The notes beneath the pieces are model-generated. The model had not been told where the DNA came from. It searched no databases and was given only the letters and a program-made list of their open reading frames with translations. A stretch of 64,000 nt of DNA from Atractiella rhizophila (lineage: Eukaryota). Shown here one piece after another: positions 1-11,965 of the stretch (positions are counted from its first letter, which is position 1; each line of letters starts with the position of its first letter). A program made the translations under genes and the position numbers. The stretch spans positions 1 through 64,000 of the forward strand of contig MU271378.1 in the NCBI GenBank assembly GCA_021432655.1, written 5' to 3'.

Positions 1-228
1 GCTTCTTGAACATGTACTGATATCCCCTGTCCCATTGTCTACCCAGTCAAACATCTTGAACGACTCTCCAAGGACGTGTCTTAATTGGTTTTTAGAAGGA
101 CGAAGGATGGTGATAGTTGATGATTGTGTTTTTTTTTGCCACCAACATAAACTGCCAAGTTCACTCCGAGTCTATCGTCTGTGAGAAACGACCGTGACGA
201 CTTTTACGACTAAATTAACAACTCAGAA

Positions 229-2144
229 ATGTCCCAATATGTCTCCTCCAGCTCTACAACTGCGTATTTGTATCCGGATGGCCAGTTCCAACAAGCCGAA
301 CATCCCCGTCGCCAGCAGCCCCCTTTCCGATTCTCTGCCGCCTCCAGCCGTCCCCATCCTCCGAATCTCTCGCATCAGGAATCAGAAGTGAGAGGAGCAG
401 GTGTGAGCACGGAAATGGGAGATGTGTATCATGAAGAAGGGAGTATCGCAGGCAGGGGTACGTCATCTCCCCTGTGGCCGGACATGGATTGGGAGATGGG
501 TTGCAGCAGCTCAGTTTACGGCGTCTTATGAGCGTAATGGTACCTTCAGGTCTTCCGAGGTCTGTCATCCTTTAAATACAACTATTTCTTAATGTCTTCA
601 CAGAGCCCTATCCCTCGTAATGCCTATTCTTCTGGCATGTGTCTTTCTCCTTCACAATCCTATTCTCACCTATGCTTATGATCAAAGGAAAGGAGCCGTC
701 TGGATATGTTGGTGATAGCATGTCCTCTCCCACACGCCAGGTAGGCGTTTTGTCACGTAATGCAAGGTAATGCTGCTGAGAGTGGTCTGGACAGTTTGCT
801 TTCCGCCATCACACTCGGCACCTCCAACCTGAGCGTGGTGATCAACACTCACAGCATATTGCTGCTACCAACACTGTGCGTAATACCTTAGTTACAATTT
901 TAGCATATTGACCACTGAGTAGACTTCGTTCTCCGCTGAGCATTCCAGAAGACTTTCTTCGGCTACAGCAAATAGAACCTCTGCTCCATCTCAATCCGGT
1001 AAGAATCACGGTCTCATTTCAGCAGTGCAGGGCTGACTGAACTGTCAAGAAGGTGGAAAAGACCAGGTCACCGTGCGTTGATCAGCTACAATCTCTTGAC
1101 ATACTGATCAGAATGTTGTATAGGACAACCCAGAAGGCACCAAAAATCGAGATCTTAATGACGATCGAGGCATGTCTGTTGACGAGGAGGCAAGAATGGA
1201 TCGGAAAGGACGCATCGGGCTGAAGGTGTTTACGGAGTACCTCTCGACTGAAATATACCAGCGCGAGGTCGATTATCCTAACTCAACTGCTAATGACTTT
1301 TTGCTGGCTATCAAGAGCTACCTTTTCACTTCAAAGCCCTTCCTTACTCCGGCAGATACTATCTTTTGGATTGATGAGTGGACAAAGCGGCGAGGCATGT
1401 CGCACATCCGTCAACTATACCGAGATATGGTTTGTGCACCTTCATTCCTTCTCCCAATAACCGAGAGTTTAGATTGAGGACAATCTAACAAAAGCACGAG
1501 GGAACTATGCCAGCTACGTTCGGGGACAGGTCAAGAGCCTTTACAACTTAGGGTCAAGTGTTCCCGAAATAAGAAAAAATGTCGAATTCTGGCTGAAGGA
1601 TCAACATTTCTTATTTGCGCGGATTGACGTCGTTCGTTCCTTTATCCCATGATCATTGCAAGCTGATAATATGCAACCGTCACAGAGCGGCAAAAAGGGG
1701 AAATTCCAGCATCCAGCTGCGAAAACTATCATTACCGATTACTTCTATCGCAGGAATGTCTTAGGAGACCTTTCACGGAGGAATGTGAACGAAGCAGACG
1801 TTGCGGACCCATTTGGACATCATGAACGTGCGGTCCCAGCCCCTCTAATTGCTCTTACGTTCACAGCGGCATGTTACTTGTCACATTTGACAGCCCATGC
1901 TTATCTCCCTCGTTAGATTCGGGCTGGATTGAAGGATTGGAGCAGTGGGATTCAAACTCGACCGTCGCAGGCGCCGTTTACTCGGAAACAGAGACCGAAG
2001 TACGACAAATTTTTGGAACTATTGAAGAAACATCGGGACTACGAAGTTATCAGAACGGAGGCGTATTCATATGCAATGGATCATGGAGGACTGGTTGAAG
2101 GGGAAGCCACATCGTCGACGGAGGACGTGGATTCTGACTACTAA
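229..2144 (+). CDS. Multi-exon hypothetical protein with a C-terminal DUF6532-like domain
   Basis: Spliced C-terminus reads IEDNLTKARGNYASYVRGQVKSLYNL...WLKDQHFLFARIDV|SGKKGKFQHPAAKTIITDYFY...VPAPLIALTFTA|IRAGLKDWSSG...KYDKFLELLKKH, matching the F-x-HP...P-x-PLIAL...W-x-x-G pattern I recall for DUF6532. The 5' exons are uncertain; the last intron (1869-1916) needs a GC donor. Confidence 0.6.
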
Positions 2145-2594
2145 CTGTGTGAGTTTCTGTCCTTCGCTTCATTTGATCGATCCTCAATCCTTGGTTGAGC
2201 AGTTTCACGATCGTGCCATTATGTGTAAGTTACCTTTTTTGTAACGTCCGCCTCCATCACCACTAATATTCCCGAGTTTAGGTCACTCTTACATGTTTAT
2301 AGTCATTGCGTGTATGTGTAGGTAATTCGCGATTTCCTACTCTTCATTTGGCCTCACTCTGATTTTAGATTTCCTAGCCCGAGCTCTTTCTTCCCTTCGC
2401 CTCGGACAAAAGACTTGTACATAAAATTATATTTTTTCGATCACATTCATTATATCCTCATTCGTACTATGCATGCTTTCAAGAAAGGGAATTTCAGCCG
2501 TAATCGTGAGAAGCTCCCGCTACAAACTGGAGGAACTGAAGGGCTTGAGAGGACCTGGAGGAGGAGAGGACGAAGAGGAGGGGCGGCCGCACCA

Positions 2595-2731
2595 GCTCTG
2601 GAGAGTTTCTGAGGCGCGGAGGAGAGGAGCCCCGGAGGATGGGAGGAACCTGGAGTGATCTAGAGGGAACCTTCAATTCCGAGAGCCGCACTTTCCCTCA
2701 AAAACTCCCCAAGTTCCAGAGGCTCCAGAGC
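2595..2731. repeat. Imperfect nested inverted repeat (fold-back)
   Basis: GCTCTGGAG (2595-2603) pairs with CTCCAGAGC (2723-2731); GAGTTTCTGAGG (2603-2614) pairs with CCTCAAAAACTC (2696-2707) with one mismatch. Confidence 0.5.
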
Positions 2732-3074
2732 ACCCCAGTGGGGGCCGGACTTTTTCCTGATGCTTTGTTATTTCTCCTGGCTTCACGTTTGGTGGCTAGA
2801 TTGAGAAACTGCTGACATGGTTTAGGATACTAGCAGGTGTCACGAGAGGGTGGCTACATGTGTAAAGCGACAACTTGAAAGGAATACAATTATCTGTATT
2901 TTCAGCAACGCTCTTGTCAAGAGAGTTGCTGTAAAGGGAAGAGACGACATGACCAAGTACAGATATAGGATGTACAACGTGTCCAACGAACCATCAATCG
3001 AATCCAACAAATCAAAGATATCTTTATCGAGACAAACACACAGACTCTTCATTATCCCACCCATTTTCTAACTT

Positions 3075-5328
3075 TCAAGGGAGCTTCGGTCGTGCCCACT
3101 CCACAAAATCGTCGATGACGGAAGGCCAAGCGGCTATATCCATTCCATTCATCAGTCTCGCAATCATGTGTGCTGATAGAGTGAAAAGCGAACCATCGAG
3201 GTCGTGTTCGGAGAGATCACCACGACTCGTCTTCCAGAAGTCGAGGAATAGCGTCCAGGAGTCTTTGGAGATGGCCTTGCTTTTATATGGCTATACCCAA
3301 TCACGGCGTGTCTCCATCAACATCTACCTAATGTGACAAGGTACCTAAAGTAGTGCTAGGACTCACACCGTTCAGGAACTCTGTCCACAGTTCCAGATGT
3401 CGATTTGTAAATTGGGTAGGTGCAGTGGAGAGGGGGAGGAGGAGAGACCAGAGCGCTATGGCGGTATCACATTCTGTCCACACATCAAAACCAAATCAGC
3501 ACACGAGGGAAGGAGGGAGGGGTGAGATTGAGAGTGACGCACGAAGAGACCTCTGTCCGGGTTGTTTCGCCCAATCAAAAGTAAAATTATAAACCTTGCG
3601 AAACGTCTCCTCGTCCCCGAACCCTTCACGTCCCCTCAACTGGATCAAATGAGCCTGCATGCCTTCGATCGAGTCCTTCCTAAGTTCAAGCATCAATATT
3701 CCACATCGGGGCAAACGGGGTATGGATAGTAAAGGAAAGAAAGACATACCTGGCGGACGTCCAACCATCGACGAATCCGCTCCGTGTGAACTCTCCCATC
3801 GAAGGAGACTTGCAAAGCATGGCCACCACGATCACGACCGGGTCTTCAGGGTCTACTTCTAAATCTGCGCAGAAGGCTAGGGTCCCGTCAATGTTGGTAC
3901 GGGTCTTGTCGGCGGGGTTTGCGTAGCGGTCGAATATCTTTTCGAGCTTGGAACGGATTTGGGATTCCTGTTCAGGATTCATGTAAATTTCGTGAGCCTT
4001 TGGTTCACATTTGATGGCAATGAAGTGCTGTGATGTTTTGGACAAACGTCCACGGAATGTTTCTATGAGCAATGAAAATTGGAGAGACCTGGTTTGGGAC
4101 TGGAAGGTCCTCAGAGCCGAAGCAGCGGTGGCGACCACCAACCCAAAACACAGAGGCATAGTCCAACTTAAACGTGCTGTTAGGAGGAGGTTCGATAGCA
4201 TGGTGTAGCGCTCCTGAAGCCTCATGGACAAAGTGGAAGGTTGATAATAGCCAACGGGGAAGAACGGAACAAAGAATTCAGGTAACAAAGGGACGAATAT
4301 CCTTTGTAACCGGTAGGCCCATGAAACGGGAAGCAGGAGGATAACTCGGTACACAGGCACAGAGTGACGTGGAACAAGTTGTATAACCAAGAAAACCTTT
4401 GCTACGAAGGAAGGAGAACCAACCACTACAGGAAAGCGACAGATAATGTGAGTCCTGGAACTGGTAATCTTGAGGTAAGAGTTGCAACGCAAAGCAAAGA
4501 CGAGAGCTTTTATTGTTTTTAGAAATAGTCTAGAAAAGACATAAGAGGCGGTGCAATTACGACGGCTCGATTTAAGCTATTACAACAAGGAAGTAGGAGA
4601 TGAAATGTGGGTTCGAAGGATGGAGTTACTGTGAGTACAGAATGATGACAAGATGCTTGCCCGGTCTCAAACAAGAGGTGTCCTTGAACTGGGCTTCCAT
4701 ATGAAATAAAAAAATAAAGTTTTCATACGTGTGAAAGGTGTGAACGGATTGTGGCCAAATTACATCTCATCCTGTAAGATATCATCTTCTCGTTCCCTCA
4801 TTCCAATAGCAACATAGGAAGCTGATGTCTGCAGGAGAAATGACGGGCTAGATAGCCATAAAATAGGAGCTTATTGGAAAACCGGGATGAGAAAAGAAAA
4901 CACAAGTCCTCAAGAAGAATTAAATGATATAATAGGGCTGTTATGGCGTAAGGAACTCTGCTGTGAGGGCAAACAGCACGATGACTACTAAGAAGTAGCA
5001 GGTTGAGTGCGGTCAAAATCGACTGTTCAGATACCAACCAGCAAACAATTCCGAGCCTACAGCTCGGCGGGTAAGCTTCAGATGCCCAATTTGGATCTCC
5101 TCTCCTCGTCCTTGCTCCCGACGTTCGAAATCCTGAAGGACTACTCACCTGTCCTGAGTCCCCCTTATTTGCGTTCCTCATCGCTTGTTGGTCTCCATAA
5201 AACATTTCAATGGCATGCTCTAACTTGTAGTTTACCTTCTTGAGTATCCTCTGTGCGTCTGGAAGGGTGGCGTTGGTGACAGAACGGAACTGGGTCGTGA
5301 CACCGTCCCGAACGGACTTGGAGGCCAT
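3075..5328 (-). CDS. DCN1: Defective in cullin neddylation protein 1 (UBA-like + PONY/cullin-binding domain)
   Basis: Exon 1 (5328-5149) gives UBA-like QFRSVTNATLPDAQRILKKVNYKLEHAIEMFY. Later exons give KLEKIFDRY...GTLAFCADLEVDPEDP...MGEFTRSGFVDGW, FRKVYNFTFDWAKQPGQRSL, TAIALWSLLL, AISKDSWTLFLDF and AWPSVIDDFVEW; TGA at 3077-3075. Confidence 0.93.
3968..5148 (-). other. Unusually long (1,181 nt) phase-0 intron 1 of DCN1 with many local hairpins
   Basis: Donor CAG|GTGAGT at 5148, branch-like GCTCAC ~25 nt before acceptor AACAG|GAATCC at 3968; splicing joins ...GDSGQ to ESQIRSKLEK in frame. Confidence 0.85.
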
Positions 5329-6599
5329 TTTGTGGAATTGAGGGTGGGGTTAGGATATTTTATTTGTTCTGGTGCAGATTCTGGTGGCTGAGTGGAGTAA
5401 GGGAAGCAGAATATTGGCAAAGACGGGAAGATCGATCGATGGATGACTTGAGGGAGCTGTTGATGGTTGTTGATGACGAACTGATAACGACCAAATTGCT
5501 GGGTACATAACTTGAGGCTTTTGCGAGGTCAAGGTGCTGCTGACTGTCGAGAGATATGGATACTTGTTAGAAATAAAGGAGGAACGACTGAACTTGAAGT
5601 CGTTGCCGGCGCCTAAATCGCGTGAGTGCGAAAGCGTTGAGCGTTTGTGGCGCAAGGAAAAGGGACATCACTTTTTCCCAGCCGATATCTGCTCTAAGCA
5701 TTTGAACGTAGACGACTAGCCTAATCAGCCCGAAAGGGGGCATGTATTTTGTTCTCCGTTGAGCATCACTTTTCCTATTCCATCTGGTTCTACGTTTGAC
5801 AACCATTTAACCTGATATCTTGTGTTCAAATTGTTGTTAACTGTACACCATTGCGCTCTTGTAAAGCAAACATTACTGAAGAACCCAACAGCTTTCTTTA
5901 CAAGGTAGTGTAATTTGTAAAAGTGGATGCTGAATATGTGCTAGAATGAAGATCAGCGAAGTTAACGAGTAATCATAACTATGACATAAGGGTTCCGCAT
6001 TTGATAGTTGGATCCCACAGAAAGTGAGGTGCTGCTGAACTCTTGGAAGGAGGATATAAGAACCTCAGAGAAGTGAACATCATTCAATGCCCACCAGCAG
6101 ACCATGCCTCGTCGGAGAGACGTCGGGAAATTAATGTTCCAATTGACCCTGGCAGCACAACCAGTCTTCCACACCAGATTATTCTGTCATTAGATGCTTG
6201 GAGACCTCAGCTGCCCCATTCAACTTCCCCCGATTGAGTCAACGTGAGAGCAACGCGCCGACTACACGACTCGACTCACTCTATGACACTGAAGTGGACC
6301 AAAATCCTTCAATTGGGATCGAACCCCTAGAAAATGATGTATTCAGTTCATCAATCAATAATTTTTGTGTCCATTACCTCTCCATCGCAACCGAGCAACC
6401 AGTGTGTCAGATACATGGACTTGCTCTTTTGACTATTTTACGTCGTGGGACACTTTCGTGTTACCTTTTCACCGTCAACGGATGATGATGTCCCCCACCG
6501 CTATGTACTCGCACACGTATCATGGTAACAATCAGAGAGCGATAACGTCCTTTATCGAGCAACTTGATGTTCATGTTTCTTCCTCTGGGATGAACAGAA

Positions 6600-7700
6600 G
6601 TACGGAACACTTTTAAAGCGGTAGATCAGGAGATTATCTTTGGAGAAAAAAAGGATTGCCTGCATCTGCATTATGGATCTAGAATCCGCAGAGTTTTTAT
6701 AAACTGGACTTCAAGCTTCGAGCGGCTATTGGAAAAAATCAAAGTCTTTAGATCAGTTTCTTTGGGGCAGGCAGGAAACTTTGAATCTAAATCTGCATGT
6801 TGTGTGTGGAGCGAGAGCGCGCCTCGAGCTTTGAAGAGGCTTGCGCTAGACGAAAAGGAGATAGATTTGTTGAGAGGGTGCGTTCCACTTGTTACTTAGG
6901 TGGCAGAGTCGCTGCTGAGTTTCGAGAAGCAGCCCGGAAATAGTTCTCGTCAACCGGATTCGTTCTCGCACTCTGGTTGGCGGCTGTCAAGGATGACCCA
7001 AAATATGTGGAAACCTGGGCTTAAGTTCTGTTCTAATTTGATGGTCTCTCGTGACAATGATTTTGTTTTCGAAACCTTCAGAGTCTACACCATCAACAAC
7101 TTCACTTTTCCTACGTCCTTAGATGTTCCCCCAACGTGTAACCAATGCTTCCAGGAGCTCCACCTAAGCTTGTTGTGAGTAAATGTTATCACTGCCAAAG
7201 GGTTTCGCAAGTTGCATCCCCATTGCATTGAGACTCGGGCCCACAGCGACAGTCAAACCAGACAGAAATGCTTAAGGAACGATGGGCTATAGAGTGGCGT
7301 TGATAGAGAGGAATTCGTCGTTCTCTACATAAGTGAAGAACGTTTCAATAACGAGCGATGACACCAAGTGCCATGACCGAACCTTTCAGATGTATTGGCA
7401 AGCTTGTTGAAGTGGGGCAAACATTCCTGGGGTTTCATGATCCTCGAAGAATGGGTGTGATACAGGAACTGAGGAATTCGTCCCACAAAACAGTGTCAAG
7501 AACGACAGCAAGCTGATCTTCGAGCCATTCCACGGCAGAAGCAGCTAACGCCACCTTTTGTTCTTCCGATAAGTCGCAGGTATCGAGTGTCTTTGCCTCG
7601 GCTACCTCCTCCATAACGGGGAAGTCTTGCCATTCTATATTGAAGACGTCCAACACTGGGGATGTGAGGGGTCCAGCCATCTCTTCTGGCCAGTGTGTGA
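6600..7700 (-). pseudogene. Degraded coding remnant of unknown family
   Basis: Protein-like frame (VLDVFNIEWQDFPVMEEVAEAKTLDTCDLSEEQKVALAASAVEWLEDQLAVVLDTVLWDEFLSSCITPILRGS*NPRN...ARY*NVLHLC) broken by TGA stops; ends approximate. Confidence 0.35.
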
Positions 7701-7771
7701 AACACCATCCTGATGTTGCAGAGTTATCTCTCGGGAGAAATACCGCCAATGGGAACACAGCAGATTCAGAC

Positions 7772-7796
7772 NNNNNNNNNNNNNNNNNNNNNNNNN
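7772..7796. other. Assembly gap (25 N)
   Basis: Run of N in the sequence. Confidence 1.
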
Positions 7797-7799
7797 GGT

Positions 7800-10700
7800 A
7801 GAGGACTGAAAGTGGCAAAGGACGTACCCAGTTCCAAGGCCACCACTGACCGGACCAAACACTGGAAGTCGTCTCGGAAAGGGAAAGAAGGTGCTGGAAG
7901 TAGAGGGTGATGAGCAGAGTTTGAACTGGGTTTGTTAGTTTCATACCGCTGCAGATTGTTCGCGTACTCCTAACTTCGTCCCCTACGTTGGCTACTCTTA
8001 AGTTCCTAATGACGCTACCCTCCGCTATCCCCTCCTCCCCGACACCTACCTCTCAACCTCCCTTGTCTCAAACACCTCCTACTCTTATGCTCACTCCTCT
8101 TCCTCAATTCGCAACACTTAGTCTTCCCGAACTACCTAGACTCGCTTCTTGATGACCAATACTAGAAATGCTTAAACCTGATGTTTCCGACGTTTCCTAC
8201 CTGAGAAAGAACGTTTTCCATGCAATAAATCTAAAATCCTTATGCTTCCGCACGCCAATATCTTAAAACAGAGGCTCACTCTCGATGATAACTTAAGCAC
8301 GGAATGAAACAGCAAAATCTGATCGGGCCTAGCGACGTCTCGGCATATTGGACAGTGTTATAAAGAATGACTTGAAGCCCTTCGCTCTTCGCGAGATAGT
8401 ACGATAGACCGTTCCTTTTCACCAGTTATGATTTCAGTAACTACACTCAGAGGGTGGGTGAGAGGTCACACGATATAACTGGAATTCAGATACGCGTATC
8501 TATGAAGAGTTTACGCCGCGTTATAAGAGTGCCATGGAGCAGGTCTGAGATCGAGTCTGCATGTACGCGCCTCGCCAAGGCATGCAAGCTGGTCCAACCC
8601 CTTTCCAAGCAGACGAACGAGATAACGTAGAATTTGGCTTGATTGCGTGCAAGAAAAACGCGTCAGGCGGTTACAGGGTCGGTTTGAGAAATCGGTGTAG
8701 GACCCGTAACGGTGGCTAGCTACCGGACTTGGACCCAGAGACCTGAACCTGTTCTTGGCGCCTGCTACCCTGTAATAAATGTGCGACCAAACTCCTCTCC
8801 TTCTCTGACGTTCGATCGGTCCGTTTATTATGCCCCAGTTTAGCTGTTCGAAACTTTAACGTCCTCCTTGTCAGTTTCTTTCTTACCCGCTTCTATTTCC
8901 AGGATAAACTTTGAATGTTAAAGCATGGAAAGTCGCCCTTCCTATCGACGAATGACTCATACAACAAGGGAGAGAGGTAACTTGTTTTCATCTACGTAGT
9001 AGACATCTGAGGGTTTCCGACATCGGAAACTTGGTCTTGAGAACTTAGACCGAGTCTTCTTACCAAAAATGAGACCTGTCATTCAGTAGCAACAACGTAA
9101 AAATACGCTTTCGACTCCGGAGGAACGTCGAGCGAACGTCCTAAAACCAAGCGGAAGGATGATGAAGGAGCTTCATTTTGACTGGTGTCAGGGTCAATAA
9201 GCTTCGCGTAAGAGGTTTTAGGGTTGATTGCCAGTCTTACGAGTAAACTGATAGGAGCTAAGATAGTCTCGCATAAACTTCGAGCTGTAACCGAAGATGT
9301 AGAGACACCTACAGCGAAGGCTTTAGAATTTCCCTTCGACTTCTATCAGGTAGGCGAATGGTTCGCGAGTTCAGAGAGTTTTTCCTTCTTGAAGAAAAAC
9401 TAGAGCGCATGCGGTAAGGAAAGTAGAGGACTATTATGGTTTTAAAGTTTAAACCAATCTCTGCAGCGGGCGACACACTAAGAGAGCGAACTGGCAGTCT
9501 TGTACGAACGGCTAATGGGGTGAGAAGGGTTCTCAGGAAATGTTTCTAAAACCGCGGTTCAAGTTCCTGGGCTTTCACCTGAGGTAGTAGGAACGATGGA
9601 AGAAACCAGGAGGATAACTACTCCTATAGTTGCCCGGATTATTGGTCAAGGCCCGCCGGTTTCCGATATTTACTAGTTCAGTTTTTCTACCCCTAGTTCC
9701 AGTGGCTCCTGTAACAGCATCTGACGTAAACGTTAGGCACGCGAAAAAAGGGGACACATATGTCCGATTATTACTTTGGTAGCGTCCACCTGAAAGCCTC
9801 ACCTCTTTTAGTACCGAACCACATCAGCGAAGGTGTCAAAACTACGATGCTACACGCAGCGCAAGAACTAGGGACTACGAACATGACTAAGTAGTCTCTA
9901 TCTAACAATGTTTCGACGGGCTTTTTACCAGTCTTACGGTAAGTTTCCGCGTTGAGAGTACGAAGAGCAATTGTTCATAGGTATGGAGTTTTTCCAACAG
10001 CTTCTTCTCGAAGATGACGTGCTTTAGCTGTACCTCAGGAACTTCCTCAGTAGTCGAACAGTGTTTACGGCAAAGAAGACGTCCGTGAGGCAGCTATAAA
10101 TAAGAGGCTATCGTTAGTTACGAGCTGGCTGGACGCTCTTGAAACGCTCGTACCTTCTTCAGCGAATACAGCCACCTTATAGAAAACTCTTGATATACCA
10201 TGGACTTCTAGACAGCTTCTTCCACACCTTTCTATTCCTTCCCCACTTTTTGCACCCCTCATATAGCATGTTCTCCTACTCGCTTAGGGACCTTCTTATA
10301 CTCGTAGGACACGCACGGAAGTAGACCGTAGAGCATTACTTTCACCCGAGTTCGATGTACAGACTAATCCTTGCTAGAGCTTCTGACAGGATGACCAGTA
10401 GAGAAGCTATAAGGTTGTGACGCGCGGGTGCCGAGAGTCTGAGTTTCGCTGTTTAACACCGTCTTCCACATGGCTGTCGTTATGGTATGGACCTAACCAA
10501 GGGAGCATTGTCGTCTACGGATGTTTAGCAGAACTAGGTACGACCGTAGTTGGATTTGGCGCTATAACAAGAGAGAATGGAGCGACTTCCACAAGGAGAT
10601 TGCAAACAAGAAATAGATTGTAGAGACAGTTCGAGATGAGTCTGTTGGCAACTAGTCTGAGGCTAAGAAGCTTATATTCAGGTTCCACCAAAGTTATGGA

Positions 10701-10860
10701 AGCTTCGGACCGCCTCTGGAATATCCAGATCGAGGTGTACAAAAGAAGTTTAACCTGATTAACGCACCCAACTCCGCCGTAACTTTGTTGACCATTGCTA
10801 ATATCGTAGGTCAGATTGGGGTAGGACTTTAAAGGAGGAATAGAAGTTATCTCGGAGCAC
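7800..10860. pseudogene. Hypermutated TpA-rich decayed repeat or gene relic
   Basis: No ORF above 75 aa over ~3 kb, strong TpA excess, and a readable + frame at 10443-10860 interrupted only by TAA/TAG. Element family not identified. Confidence 0.55.
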
Positions 10861-11965
10861 CGGTGCGTTGGTTCAAATGACTCTCTGAAGGTGGCACAAG
10901 AATGGTGCTCTCCACAATGTCAATACATCACCAAACTGTTTTGACAAGTTGGAACCCGTTTGCCGGAAGCAAGAAGCATCGCAAACACTCTGAACGATGG
11001 CTTGACAGCTTGAGGTATCTTTAAGTGATTCTTTAACGCTGTTTAAGTGCCTCATACATCAAGGACTTTCCGTCCATTGTTTGCCTCCCGCTTAGCAGCT
11101 ATTAGGCATGCTCTGCTGAAAGTTACATGAGCCACGATTCCAAAATGTGCATCTCGACATGGAGTCAGTCGCTTTCTGAAGGAAAGGACAGCGACCGTTG
11201 CCCTCACTTTGGAGAGCTCAGCCGATAATGAATTGAACGGTTTGGACATGAAAAAACCAGTCAAGTAAAACGCTTGATTTGAGGTGAAGCTTGGGGCCGT
11301 TCTCTGCTAACTTCTACGGTCCTTCTGTAATTTGACTACCGGTAATTAGGATATCCGGATGCGATACGTTAATACTGCTGCAATGAACGAATGGAGGGTT
11401 GTATTTCATTTGCTGACTTCAGTGCGGCAGGCTTGTGCGTGGAGGGCTTGAGCCATCCTCAAAATCACGTAATCAAGCCTACTAGTCGACTGATTCCCGT
11501 TTAGATTACAAGTTTCCTATTCCAGATCACGAATATCTGAAATTTCTGATTTCGCTTCCACAGGTGAAGCGTGAATAGGAGCTAATGTGATTAGCCAACT
11601 AAAGGAACACAGTCTATTCGTCATACCTGTAGGATCAGCTCGGATGGATAGAGATGCCATGCCAATGGTCATCCCTTAGACAGAAAGGCGCCAACATTGT
11701 AATGACGACGGTAGCCGGTATTCGCGTCTCTGATGCCCCCCTTCGTAAATTTTCGTCGCCAGTCTCATGTCACGTGGAACATTCTGATTTTGGACGCGAC
11801 TGCTGACGAAGTCAAATAAAAGAAAACCCAAGTAACACGCGTGAGGGCCACAGGCATATAAGAGTCTGTCTGGTGCATCACGTAAACGATATTGGTATGT
11901 TAATTCTCCCCAGTCGCCAAAGAATACTGGTCCAATCTTGCTGGTGGAAAGTAGGAGGATTGAAG

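Noticed and set aside
3980..4062. snR30/U17-like m1 (AUUCCGUG) and m2 (GAACCAA) motifs near the DCN1 intron 3' end
   Set aside because: No basal stem flanks the two motifs, and the ACA lies ~15 nt rather than ~7 nt after m2.
3686..4492. 268-aa ORF, and the 176-aa ORF at 4798-5328, as full proteins
   Set aside because: Both are DCN1 exons reading into intron 1; the intronic parts translate pyrimidine-rich sequence with no recognisable motif.
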